Source: Torpedo marmorata (taxonomy: Eukaryota). Taken from it: a stretch of 64,000 nucleotides of DNA. The notes under the pieces were generated by a model. The model was not told the origin of the DNA. It was given only the letters and a program-made list of their open reading frames with translations, and made no database searches. The stretch's first letter is position 1. Each line of letters starts with the position of its first letter. Made by a program: the position numbers and the translations under genes. Of the stretch, positions 11,580 through 24,135 are shown in pieces. The stretch lies in the NCBI GenBank assembly GCA_977017645.1, contig OZ360222.1, positions 205,530,001 to 205,594,000 on the forward strand. Direction: 5' to 3'.

Positions 11580-12332
11580 CAATATAATTTTTTCCATCAA
11601 TTATATTTAACACCTAAAAAATTAAAGAAATTTAATCCGACATTATCAGGTTTATGTTTTAGATGTAATAGAGAGGAAGGTTCTTTTGTACATTCTACAT
11701 GGCTTTGTCCAAAGATATATGATTTTTGGTTGAAAGTTAAAATGTTTTTAGACAAAGTATTAAGAATTACACTCCCAATGGATCCTATGATATTTTTATT
11801 TGGAGATATTAAAAGAATTAGTACTAAGATGAAATTAAATATGTATCAAATAGAATTTCTGAGAATTGCTTTAGCTGTTTCTAAGAAATGTATTGCTATT
11901 ACTTGGAAATCTGATGTAGACTTCGGGTTAGAAAGGTGGCATGCGGAGCTTCATTCATGTATACCACTTGAAAAAATTACTTACAATTTACGTAATAAAT
12001 ATCATTTCTTTTTGAAAACATGGAGCCCAAATATAAAAACGGTTGGTTTAAAGATTTGATGATCTCTGGATATCAGATCTGACTGGTGACCCTATTTTCC
12101 ACAATAAAATTAGTTTATAGTTGTTCTTTTTTCTTTCAGATTGACATTCTCCTTATATCTTTTTCTTTTCTCTTTTTCTTTTCTTTTCTATTTTATAGAT
12201 TAGTAGGGGTGGGAGGGTTAGGGTGGGGAGGGAGGTTGGGGGGGAGAAAATATATCACATGTATTTTGATAATTTTGCATTTTATACAGTGTATTGTATG
12301 ATTTAAAATTTTAAATAAAATATTTTTAAGAA
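11580..12332 (+). mobile_element. 5'-truncated L1 3' end
   Basis: Same ORF2 C-terminus; 15-bp TSD aagagtacataYgtg at 11565-11579 and 12333-12347. Confidence 0.93.
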
Positions 12333-12687
12333 AAGAGTACATATGTGACATCATTTACACCCTGAAAATCTTTTTCCAGGGTAAATTGTCAGGGTAATTT
12401 CATTCATCCAAAGTTTTGAAAGAAGTTTGTTTGACAAAGAAGTCAATTAATATTTGTGTGTGTGCAGATTTTTAACTCTTTCCAATTTTAACTCTTACAA
12501 TTCTATTCCGTGAAATTAATCAGAGCGAAGTGACTGTTGTGCCACCTGCGGGTGTTGAGAGGAACAATGACTACAAACTGGACTTAGCTTTATTTGCTGC
12601 TTAATTTTTCTCACATAGAGCTGCGAATGCACTAAAAATGCAAATATTGTTAACACTTCTTGTGAACAATTGAAGCAATTTCTGAAG

Positions 12688-12790
12688 CTGAGCGATGCAG
12701 CTGCTGCCTCTCAGCTCCAGCGACCTGGGTTTAAACTTGATCTCTGGTGCTGTCTGAATGAAATTTGCACATTATCCCTGTGACTCCATT
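12688..12790 (+). mobile_element. Degenerate tRNA/V-SINE head
   Basis: gctgctgcctctcagctccagcgacctgggtttaaac...gctgtctg...tttgcacattatccctgtgac. Confidence 0.6.
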
Positions 12791-13784
12791 GCCCTGTTTG
12801 ATCTTGTTCAGTTCTGTAAAGTTGCCAATCAAAAAAAAACACTCAATTCAATTAAATACAGATCAAGTAATGAAGTGGATGGTGGAGATTTTTGAAAGCC
12901 ATTTTATGAAATTTGGAAAAATAGGCAGAAGTTTAGGTGGGGTTTCCTATTCTACTTTGATTACTATAAGCTAGGTGATGAAAATAATTTAAATTCCTCA
13001 ATTCCAGCCATCCATTACAATAACTTTTATTTCTGTTGTTGACCACTGTCCCCCTTTACAGCTTTGAGGCTTTGCATGGATCAGAATAAATAAATAAAAG
13101 AATGCCCCATCACCCTTATATTAAACTGTATATGACTATCTATAAATTAATGTAGCTATACAGGATGTCATCCAATCGCTACATCACAGTTATTTAACAT
13201 TTAGCTTCAGCATGTTCTTTGACATTCCCAGAGTCAGTATTGTTATGATTATCAATATGTTTTCTTGGAGAGGGCATTAAGATTTGGGGGGGGGGGGAGT
13301 GGAGAAGTGGGTAATTCCAAATTATAAAATTGCTCGATTATTTTCTTTCCATTATTTGGAAAATGATACATGTCGCCAATAAACAAACAAATCTTTACTC
13401 AGTCCTATTGTAAATAGTTTGTGTTGCCACACAGCTGAACTTTATTGTCACCATTTTGTGTTATTCTATCTCAAAGCAGCCCCACCTAACATCGGCAAGG
13501 TTTTACAAAGCTTACACCTGAAATCTAGGAACAGAACCTTGTTGCCAGTTAATACTGGCTCTTAGTGAACAAGCATATTTGGGTAACCTGTGCATTGGAG
13601 AGCTTGAATATTTGAATAACCCATGTGTTCTAAGTAAGACTGATGACATACTCACTTAGCTAACTTTATTTTATAATTCAGCCCACTATTAATTTTTTCT
13701 CTCTCTCTCTCTCACACACACAGGGCGAGTCTCCAGAGTGTTGAGTCATGCAGGATGGTGAATGCTTGAAATAGAAGCCTTGCC

Positions 13785-15673
13785 ATGGCAACATGGGTGG
13801 AGGGGAAGCCTATCCCACCCCAAAATAACACTTTGAGTGATGGGAGTGATATTGCCACTGAACCGACGACTCCCTGGACTCGCGTGAGCCCTCTTTCAGA
13901 TGCAAGCAATAAAGCCCTGGAATTAACGACTTCAGCTTCTCCTCATATATTTCATGATGACAAATTGAATTATAATTTGGGTTCAGTAACCAAGACTTTA
14001 AGAACACCCAAACCAAGAGTTTCTCGAAGACAGTTTTCTTCAGAAGTATCTTCTGTGCCATTTTCATCACTTTGGATCACACAAGCGCCTCTTTCAGCCC
14101 CAGAGCCTCGGAGCATAACTTCAGAAGGAACTCTATCAGGGACGCTGGTTATAGTTACAGATGATAAGGAAGCAAGCTTCAGGCACATGGAGGGAAAACA
14201 TGCACCAACTGGTGCTGGCATGTCAGTATTGTCTCCTTCTGCTCCAAATTCTTCGCCGGGATCTGAGGGTCTCAGACGAATTAGAACAGGCGATACTCAG
14301 GATGATGAAAAAGTGCCTGATTTGCCTTCAACACCAAAACTTTGTAACGTTGCGGTTTCATCTTCAAATGCAGTCTTAAATCCAGAAAGAATGACAGAAG
14401 AGGAGAGAGACTATACCGAAGCAAAGCCAACTACCATGGTTATTTTGGAAACTTCTATTCAGAAGTTAAAATCTATGAAGACCAGTGAAGCCAGGAAATG
14501 GTCAAGCATGGATATTTCACAGGATCAGGAGAAGCAAAGGACTACAAAATCATTTGCATTGCCAAAGTCATCGTCTCATTTCAAGATGAGCAGCTCAAGT
14601 GCCTTGGAAGGGATTGGGACATCAAATCCGACTTCTTTGGATCTTTTTAGAAAGTCTGACCACACTGCAGAGGAAGACAAATCCAAAACGGATAAGGGAA
14701 TGGACATTGCTGAGGGCTCACTCTGCCGTCGCGACCATGGAAGGAAGTCCAGACCATTAGCTGCTTGGCTTTCTGGAACTACACGTGATGAGAATTTAGA
14801 AACCACCATAAAACATGGTGAAAATATTTCTACTGAAAAACCGTGGCTTAAAAAACCCCGGCCTTTGTCAATGGACCTAACAGCCAGATTTGAACGAGCA
14901 GGGTCCATGATTTACAAGAGAAATAATTGCCCATCAGAGGAAAGCAAAGAAAATGTCCCCGTTATGCCAGCAATTGGTGCTTTGTTCTCTGGGACTGAAC
15001 ACAACGCTCCAGTTCAACCAGATGAGTCAGCAGCAGAAACCGAGAAATCCGGGTCTCCCGATGACTGTGTAAACAAGGGAAGGAGTTACTTGTTTGATGC
15101 TAAAGAAAAGTTTCACAGCATTCCAAAAATGGATACCAGTAAAAAAGACGTCATGGCTCCTAAATTGTATGAGACCGATAATAAAGAGGAATTTATTAGT
15201 TCATCAGAAAGCAAAATACTGGAGCAAAATCATTGTTGTGACAATAAAATGATTGCAGGAGCCAGAAAGGAAGAGAAGGAAGAAAGAACAATCACTACCT
15301 CATTAAAGACCGAAAGTGACCAGGAGCAACATAAAAAATGGACAAATATGGAATTGGATAAAAGTTCTTCTCATCTGGAGCCGGCATCAAATGATGAAAG
15401 CTCTTATCTAGGTTCCGATGATCAAAGATGTAAAGGAAATAGAACCCCAGTGGCTGGTGGGATAATTAAGAGACGCATTAGTCTCCTCTTAGATTCTGCC
15501 AGTAATAGCACAGCAAAACCTGATAGTCCACAGGCACCTGTGGAGAAGGAAAAGATAAACATTTGTGTTAAACAGCAAATCCAAAGCTTCACTTCAGAAA
15601 AGAAAGAGGAACTTTCAAGTTCCCAGAGGCGTACATTTCGGCCAAGACCTCTGTCTTCAGATATAACAAAACT
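13785..15673 (+). CDS. KIAA1671: KIAA1671-like protein, first coding exon (exon 13724-15673, ATG at 13785)
   Basis: Acceptor (CT)n(CA)nG ending 13723; strong Kozak gccATGG with in-frame stop upstream; N-terminus MATWVE similar to vertebrate KIAA1671 (MATRVE); motifs KPRPLSMDLTARFE and RPRPLSSDITKL; donor CT|gtatgt at 15674 (phase 2). Confidence 0.85.
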
Positions 15674-15749
15674 GTATGTTGAATTTTAATTTTTGGTGAT
15701 AAATACGTGTTTTAAAAAAATGCATCCCATGTTATGCACTTGTTGTCAG

Positions 15750-15977
15750 ACCATGACATAGGGGCAGAAACGGGCTATTCAGCCCATCGAGTCTGCCCTG
15801 CCATTCAATCATGAGCTGATCCATTCTCCCACTCAGCCCCACTGCCCGGCCTTCTCCCCATAACCTTTGATGCCCTGGCTAATCAAGAACCTATCAGTCT
15901 CTCCCTTAAATACTCCCAATGATTTGGCCTCCACAAAGCCTGTGGCAACAAATTCCACAGATACACCACCCTCTGGA
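15750..15977 (-). mobile_element. CR1 3' tail fragment
   Basis: cagcccatcgagtctgccctgccattcaatcatg...aaattccacagatacaccaccctctgg, reverse of the CR1 C-terminus/UTR. Confidence 0.85.
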
Positions 15978-16111
15978 TCTTGATACCTGCCCATTGAATA
16001 AATCATTAATTACACCGTTGAGTCTTAGCACCAAGGATTTCTTCTCTATTTAATTCAGAGTGAAGAGAAACGATCCTGACAGCATGTGGTCAAGTGGCAG
16101 GCATGTACTCT

Positions 16112-17548
16112 TCAGATTCAGAATCAGAATTTATTGTCATGAACAAGTCATGAAATTCGGTGTTTTGCAGCAGCATCATAGTGTAAACATTCATATTATA
16201 ACCATCTTACGACATAACTATATAAAAAAAAATATATAAATAATAGTGCACGAAAAGTAAGGCAGTGTCTTTGGTTCATTGATTATTCAGAAATCTGATG
16301 GCAGCAGGGAAGAAGCTGTCCTTGTGCCGTTGAGTGCTCGTCTAGGCTCCTGTACCTTTTTCCCGATGGAAGCAGAGTGAAGAGGGCATGGCCTGGGTGG
16401 TGGGGGTCTTTGAGGATAGAGGCTGCTTTTTTAAGACACTGCCTCATGTAAATGTCCTCAATGGAGTGACGTTTGGTGCCTGTGATGTCACAGGCCGAGT
16501 TAACAACCCTCTGGAGTTTATTCTTGTCCTGAGAGTTCGCCTCCATACCAGGCAGTGATGCAACCAGCCAGAATGCTCTCCACGGTACACCTGTAGAAGT
16601 TTACGAGAGTCTTCGGTGACATACCGAATCTCCTCAGACACCTCAGAAAGTATAGCCGCTGACGAGCCTTCTTTGTGATTTCATCAACGTGGAGGCTCCA
16701 GGACAGATCCTCGGAGATGTTGACACCCAGGAATTTGAAGTTCTTGACCCTCTCCACTACTGAGCCCTCGATGAGGACTGGGTCATGTTCCCCTGACTTT
16801 CTCCTGAAGTCCACAATCATCTCCTTGGTTTTGCTGACGTTGAGCTCAAGGTTGTTGTCGTTACACCATTCAACGAGCTGATCTATCTCCCTCCTGTACG
16901 CTTCCTCATTGCTGTTTGTGATTCTGCCGACAACTGTGGTGTCATCGGCAAACTTGTAGATGGCATTGGAATTGTGCCTGGCCACACAGTCATGGGTGTA
17001 TAACGAGTAGAGCAGTGGGCTAAGCACGCATCCTTGGGGTGCGCCTGTGTTGATAATCAGTGAGGAGGAGATGTTGTTTCCAATTCGTACTGACTGTGGC
17101 CTTCCGATGAGAAAGTCAAGGATCCAGTTGCAGAGAGGGGTACAGAGGTCTAGAGTTTGTAGCTTCTTGACCAGCACTGAGGGAATAATGGTATTGAAGG
17201 CCGAGCTGTAGTCGATGAAGAGCAGACGTATGTATGAATTGCTGTTTTAGAGGTGATCCAGAGCTGAGTGGAGAGCCAGCGATATTGCATCTGCTGTGGA
17301 GCGATTGTGACGATAGGCGAATTGCAGTGGGTCCAGATCTTTGCTTAGGTATGTGTTAATTCTGGCCATGACCAGCCTCTCAAAGCATTTCATCACAGTA
17401 GAAGTTAGTGCTACTGGGCGGTAGTCGTTGAGGTAGCTCACACTACTCTTCTTGGGTACCGGGATGATTGATGCCCTTTTGAAGCAGGTGGGAACCTCTG
17501 ACTGCCGCAATGAGAGGCTGAAAATGTCGTGAACACTTCAGGCTGGTT
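16112..17548 (-). mobile_element. Rex1/Babar-clade LINE, 3' part (copy B)
   Basis: ORFs 17247-17510, 16518-17177 and 16283-16546 are near-identical to copy A; (cagaat)n tail at ~16112-16130. Confidence 0.93.
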
Positions 17549-17967
17549 GATTGGATAAACTTCAGGAATTACACAGGGCAGTTCATCAGCGAGTTTTGCC
17601 CAAGTCTCTTTTGCCTAATTACTTTACATTTTGATTCCCTCATTGTATTGTCGCCACTGGCAGAGCAAGGTCTTGATTCTGCTTTGCCATGTCTTGAATA
17701 TTTGCACAATTCTTCAATAATGTCAGCAGACAGCAACATGCTCTGAAGCGCCATTTGGCTGACACCCTGACTGATTCCCTTCTGCTAATGGTCTTTTAAG
17801 CAACCCTTTCATTTGTTTATCACATCACCACATCCATCCAATTTATTCCTTTCAGCCGCCCATGGCTCCTTGGCTCCTATTCCTAGCTGTTCTGTCAAAC
17901 TTGGTTTCCGACAATCTTTCAAAGCCAATGAATTTCATTTAACTAGCAGCACTTCATTTTTTTTTTA

Positions 17968-18512
17968 TTAAGGCACTGGTGAGACCTCACCTGGAGTATT
18001 GTGAGCAGTTTTTGGGCTCTACATTTTTGAAAAGATGTGCTGACGCTGGAAAGGGCTCAAAGGAGATTCAGTAGGATGATTTTGGGAATGAAAGGGTTAT
18101 TATATGAGGAGTGTTTGACAGCTCTTGGCCTGTACTCATTGGAATTTGAGAGAATGAGGGAGATCTCATTGAAACATTTTGAATGTTGAAAGGCATGGAC
18201 AGAGTAGATGTAGAAAGGTTGTTTCCCATGGTGGGAGAGTCTAGGACAAGAGGGCACAACTTCAGGATTGAAGGACGTCTGCTTAGTACAGAAATATGTA
18301 GGAATTTCTTCAGCCAGAGGGTGGTAAATCTGTGGAATTTGTTGCCCAGGCGGTTGTAGAGGCCAGGTCATTGGGTGTGTTTAAGGGAGAAATTGATAGG
18401 TACAGTACTTGATTATGGGGAGAAGGCCGGACAGTGGGGCCGAGTGGAGAAAATGGATCAGCTCGTGATTAAATGGTGGGACAGACTCTGCTTCTGCTCC
18501 TATGTCTTATGG
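17968..18512 (+). mobile_element. CR1 3' fragment
   Basis: aaggcactggtgagacctcacctggagtattgt...agaatgaggggagatctcattgaaac...gtcttatgg tail. Confidence 0.88.
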
Positions 18513-19112
18513 TAAATTAGTCATTCCCTTGATAATTATTGACATTTCCAAATTTTATGTGGGGGTCCATTTCTTTGGGCACAGTCAGTATTTTTGTTGC
18601 ATATGCTTAACTGAGCTTGCGTGGCCATTTCTAGAGGGTTGGTTTTCCAATGTGGAGTTGCACGTGCCCACACCCTCCCATTCTCTGGCAAGGATGGCAA
18701 GGTTTCTTCCCAATAGGGCTTTAGTTAGTGAGATCACTGGATTGTTCCGAACATATTTACTATTGATGGTTTCTTTTATATTTGGGATTATTAACTGAAT
18801 TTAATTTCTCCACTGCCCCGTGGTGGGAATTTGAGATCAGGTCTCCAGATTGTTGTGCACGCCTCTGAGATGCTACTCTGGTCATTTAACCTGAGCTGCC
18901 ACTATAACTTTGCACTTAACACGATAGGCAGCACAAGTCATTATATCCTGTTATTTCAGTATATTATTCCAGCCCTCCTAAAATTTATTTGGAATGTACT
19001 TGTAACTTGCTCTTTCTGGGCTCTGTAATGATACTTATTTGTTTCAGTATTATTTTTACATTTTAGGAAATATTGTACCTCTTCTTGTCCATTTTCCTGA
19101 TTGCCTTCCACA

Positions 19113-20169
19113 CAAGAAGCTACAAACTCTAGGCCTCTGTACCCTACTCTGCAACTGGATCCTTGACTTTCTCATCGTAAGACCACAGTCAGTACGAATT
19201 GGAAACAACATCTCCTCCTCACTGATTATCAACGCAGGCGCACCCCAAGGATGCGTGCTTAGTCCACTGCTCTACTCGTTATACACCCATGACTGTGTGG
19301 CCAGGCACAATTCCAATGCCATCTACAAGTTTGCCGATGACACCACAGTTGACGGCAGAATCACAAACGGCAATGAGGAAGCGTACAGGAGGGAGATAGA
19401 TCAGCTCGTTGAATGGTGTAATGACAACAACCTTGAGCTCAACGTCAGCAAAACCAAGGAGATGATTGTGGACTTCAGGAGGAAGTCAGGGAAACACGAC
19501 CCAGTCCTCATCGAGGGCTCAGTAGTGGAGAGGGTCCAGAACTTCAAATTCCTGGGTGTCAACATCTCCGAGGATCTGTCCTGGAGCCTCCACGTTGATG
19601 CAATCACAAAGAAGGCTCGTCAGCGGCTATATTTTGTGAGGTGTCTGCGGAGATTCGGTATGTCACCAAAGACTCTCGTAAACTTCTACAGGTGTACCGT
19701 GGAGAGCATCCTGGCTGGTTGCATCACTGCCTGGTATGGAGGCGCCAACTCCCAGGACAAGAGTAAACTCCAGAGGGTTGTTAACTCGGCCTGTGACATC
19801 ACAGGCACCAAACTTCACTCCATCGAGGACATCTACATGAGGCGGTGTCTTAAAAAAGCAGCCTCTATCCTCAAAGACTCCCACCACCCAGGCCATGCCC
19901 TCTTCACTCTGCTTCCATCGGGAAAAAGGTACAGGAGCCTAAAGACGAGCACTCAACGGCACAACGACAGCTTCTTCCCCGCTGCCATCAGATTCCTAAA
20001 TAATCAATGAAACAAAGACACTGCCTTACTTTTCGTGCACTATTGTTTATAATTTTTTATAGTAATGTCGTAAGATGGTTAATATGAATGTTAATTGCAC
20101 TATGATGCTGCCACAAAACACCGAATTTCATGACTTGTTCATGACAATAAATTCTGATTCTGATTCTGA
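19113..20169 (+). mobile_element. Rex1/Babar-clade LINE, 3' part (copy C)
   Basis: ORF 19039-20010 from KKLQTLGLC onward; KFADDTT; (attctg)n tail. Confidence 0.93.
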
Positions 20170-20876
20170 CATTGTTTACAAGGCCAAATGATTTGAATGG
20201 CCTGTTTCAGCTTGGTCTTTCTCAATTTAACCATGATTTCATGAAGGTCTTCACTATTCGGCTTCCAAATACAAAAGTGTATTTATCATCATATAATGGC
20301 TATTATTGGAAGTGTTGAGACAAGTAGCTCAAAATTCCTCTGCTGCCTGCAACAGGGAGGATTCCAATGCTTGTCAGAACTTTTGGGGCATAAGGCCCTG
20401 AGGATTTCAGGGATCTCCAAGCTGTATGAGTTCAAGTGGATGATGACATTTGTGTGTTGTGGCCAAAAACACCTCAGGTAAAATGGTAACCCAGTCTGTG
20501 CTGATTTTTGTCCCAGTTTCCTTCGAGACAGGTTTCTTTTAAGCCTCTCTTCAAAGTTAAACCTTTCCATTGGTTTATGGGATATACAGAATGTTATATC
20601 ACTCCAGGTAAGTGGGAGAGCCGTTATGTCTCAACTAGCACAAAGTGTAATCTATTATCACTTTTTATCACTCAAACGTTGTGTTCACAGAGCCACCCCC
20701 TCTGCCGATCAATTCTCACCTTCCTCTCCTGTCCTTCTATCCATGTACAATTATCACATTTTGTCTGTTGGTCTGTGCTTCTCCCCCTGCCCTTTCTTCC
20801 CTTCACCCCAGCCTTTTTATTCAGGTGCCTGCCTGTTTTTTTTTCTCATACCTTGAAGGGCTCAGGCCCGAAACAT

Positions 20877-21989
20877 CTGTACAAAGTGAAGGGAGGAAAG
20901 TTTAGCGGAGACATCAAGGGTAAGTTTTTTTACAGAGTTGTGGGTGCCTGGAATGCATTGCCAGGGGTGGTGGTGGAGGCTGGAACAATAACGGCATTAA
21001 AGATCACAAGATCACACAAGATAAAGGAACAGAAGTAGGCCATTCGGCCCATCGAGTCTGTTCCGCAACTCCACCCTGAGCTAAACTGTTCTCACATCTA
21101 ATTCCAATTTCTGGCCTTTTCCCCATATCCCTTTATACCCTGACCAATCAGATACCTATCAATCTCCTCCTTAAAATCCCCCAAAGATCGGGCCTCCACA
21201 GCTGTATGTGGCAATGAATTCCACAAATCCACGACCCTCTGGCTAAAGAAATTCCTCCTCATCTCTGTTCTAAATGGGTGCCCTCTAATTCTAAGACTGT
21301 GCCCTCTTATCCTGGATTCACCCACCAAGGGAAACATCTTATTTCCATTTACTCTGTCCAATCCTTTCAGTATTCGAAATGTTTCTATGAGATCCCCTCT
21401 CATTCTTCTATACTCCAATGAATACAGTCCAAGAGCCGTTAAACGTTCCTCATATGTTAGCCCCTGCATTCCAGGAATCATCCTGGTAAATCTTCTCTGT
21501 ACTCTCTCCAACATTATTACATCCTTTTTTTTTTCCAAAAAAATAAACTTTATTCGCAATAAATTATATACAAGACAAAACAAGACAAAAAAAACTGTTC
21601 AAGACTTTACATTCGTAGTTTCAATCCTCTTGAGTAAGTTATTTACAAACCATGCTCAAAACTTTTACGTATTGTCAGTCATCACTTCTAAGATAAGGGG
21701 CCCAAAACTGCACACAGTACTCCAAATGAGGTCTCACCAGTGCCCCAAAGAGCCTCATCAACACCTCTTTACTCTTATACATTATTCCTCTTGAAATGAA
21801 TGCCAACATAGCATTCGCTTTCTTTACTGCCGATCAACCTGGTGGTTAAAGAGACTCTTAGACAGGCACATGGATGAAAGAAAAATAGAGGGTTATGAGG
21901 TCGGGAGAGTTTAGTTTTTTTTGGGGGTATATATAGGTTGGCGCAACATCGTGAGCCGAAGGGCCTGTACTGTGCTGTAATGTTCTATG
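20877..21989 (+). mobile_element. CR1 3' end (parts 20877-21003 and 21847-21989) interrupted by an antisense CR1
   Basis: agagttgtgggtgcctggaatgcattgcc...ttaaagagactcttagacaggcacatggat...gtgctgtaatgttctat. Confidence 0.8.
21004..21846 (-). mobile_element. CR1 3' fragment containing a short poly(A)-tailed L1/Tx1-type insert (~21525-21680)
   Basis: ORF 21098-21583 (LERVQRRFTRMIPG...RGDLIETFRIL); ttaaaga duplicated at both ends; insert has AATAAA plus poly(A) on - strand. Confidence 0.85.
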
Positions 21990-22292
21990 AAACATTGATT
22001 ATATATATTTACCTCCTATGGACGCTGCGAGATCTGCTGAGTTCTGTTTTTTTCACTTTTTATTCTGTTTGTTAAAATATCAATCGGGTGAACATTTGTT
22101 TTCGTAATCCTTGCTGTGGTTGTTGAATTATTTGTAAGGGTGAAGGAATGCCTTTACTTGTGTTCACGTATTTAATACCATTTGAATAACTAGTCACCCC
22201 CCCCCCCATTTCAAAAGACCACTGCCTGACAGATAATACTCTTCAAATTTAAGTTTGATTAATTTATGATACCCTGAACATTTTTCCAATAG

Positions 22293-22446
22293 GTTTGAGA
22301 CTCGAGCAGCTGGTGACGAAAGTCGCTTTGAGAAGCAGGTGGATATGAGTGTCTTTTCATCTCCAGAACACTCAATTTTGCAGAATTTTCAAGAACAGAG
22401 AGGAAGTGAGAACATTGAAAAAGGAAATGAAGATGATCGTGACCTG
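22293..22446 (+). CDS. KIAA1671: KIAA1671-like internal exon (154 nt)
   Basis: Acceptor tttttccaatag|; phase 2 in completes DITK-L-FE, mirroring DLTARFE; open frame FETRAAGDESRFEKQ...DDRDL; donor CTG|gtaatg, phase 0. Confidence 0.8.
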
Positions 22447-22524
22447 GTAATGAATTGTTTATCGTGCTTTTCAATTGACCGTCACTCCAAAGTAAACGGT
22501 CAGGAAGGCAACAAAATCTTTAGT

Positions 22525-22746
22525 GTAACACAAAAGTTTGCAGACGCTGTGATTGTAGTCAAAACACAGAAATGTTGGAACAACACAGCCAATCTCGCAG
22601 CGTCCATTGGAGGTAAAGATATATCACCAACGTTTTGGGCCTGAGCCCTTAAGGTATGAGGGAATACCCGAAATGTCGGTAATATATCTTTACCTCCAAT
22701 GGATGCTGCGAGACCAGCTGGGGTCCTCCAGCATTTCTATGTTTTG
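22525..22746. mobile_element. Palindromic mini-Penelope (two pLTR ends in inverted orientation)
   Basis: aaaacacagaaatgttgga...ggaggtaaagatatat / atatatctttacctcc...tccagcatttctatgtttt; 15-bp TSD aacaaaatctttRgt at 22510-22524 and 22747-22761. Confidence 0.85.
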
Positions 22747-23904
22747 AACAAAATCTTTGGTTTAATGTAGGGTTAGAGCATTGATGCAACCCTGGCCCAA
22801 CTTGGAACAATGAGCTTTATTCCCTGACTAAAGCAATTTTAATTAATCTACAAGCCACAGGTTGGCCCCAGTGAACTTGCTGATAGACTGAGAATTTCCT
22901 GAATGCCCAGCAGCAATGACAGTGGGACCTAATGTTCGTGATCTCAGGTCAGGTTGAGTCCAAGAGCTTTGAAGCATGACACACAACAGGAAATTCGATT
23001 ACTTTGTAATCCCCAAAAAATGTTTCCGGTTTTTAGAGAAGCAGTTGGTATAGAACAAAGTATTTGTCCTCTTTTGTATCATTGAAAGACTAAATATAAA
23101 TAATTTACAGTTTCCAATTTCCCGTATATGTTTAATATGCACATTTAAATTTTGAATTCGGCATCAAAAAAACTCATTGTTTATATAATCATCAATAAAA
23201 TGATATGGGTGGGTTTTCCATACCTTTTCATGAATTCACTTCTCTTCTATATTTCTTTTCAATATCTATTAATTACGGTCCTCAGGGGTCGCTCAGTCAG
23301 AGCCATCACTAAGATGAGGAAGTACTCTGATCAAAAAGGGTTACATTTCATTGACTGCCCATGATATGCTAACTGACAATTGGTGGTGGTTAGAGCACTG
23401 AATTGGTCAAGGTGACTTCAGGCAAGGATGGGAAAGCTTGTTTTTGTGACAGGTAAGTATCTGGTGAGTTCAGGTAGGTCGTGCTTATATTAAAAAAAAG
23501 AGCATTGGGAGAGGAGTTGAATAGGTTGCTGTGATGCCTGTTGGTAGTTGAGTAGCATAACTAAATGACTTGATACTCTGAACAACAATTTTTTGATCCT
23601 TTATCTTTTGTTCCATCTTCCTCCACCAGCAGAATTAGTTTCACTTTGCCTTTCCTACCAATTGTTAAAAACAACAGCAGCAGTCTTTGAGAATAGCTTC
23701 ATCTGTAACTTCCCTTCAAAATTGAATCCGTCCTGAGTTGAAGATAGGTGACTTGATCCCCACTGTTGCTGGAACCACAAGAACGGTGGGCAATTAAGGA
23801 CAAAATTCACAGGATTGTGCACATCTTGTGCATGAGTTAAATGGCAATCCTTTGGTTCATTCATTGCACTCATAAATTTATAAATTTTATTAATTTAGAC
23901 TTGC

Positions 23905-24135
23905 AATACGATAACAGGCCCTTCCAACCCACGAGCCAGTGCCGCCCAAATATATCAATTAACCTTGAACCCACATATGTTTTTTTTTTGGAGGGTAGGA
24001 GGAAACGGGAGCATCCAGGGAAAACCCATGCAGACACGGAGATAATGTACAAACTCCTTGCAGACAGCGCTAGATTCGAACCCAGGTCGCTGGCGCTGTA
24101 ATAGCGATGCTCTAACTGTAACGCTAATCATGCTT
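23905..24135 (-). mobile_element. tRNA-derived V-SINE
   Basis: B box gggttcgaatc and V domain on - strand; homologous to 6995-7203. Confidence 0.82.

Larger units (their letters stand above)
20690..22050 (+). mobile_element. Penelope pseudo-LTR remnant split by nested CR1 insertions (PLE parts ~20690-20876 and 21990-22050)
   Basis: Pyrimidine-rich UTR, ccttgaagggctcaggcccgaaacat, resuming gaaacattg...ggacgctgcgagatctgctgagtt; gaaacat duplicated at 20870-20876 and 21990-21996. Confidence 0.7.
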
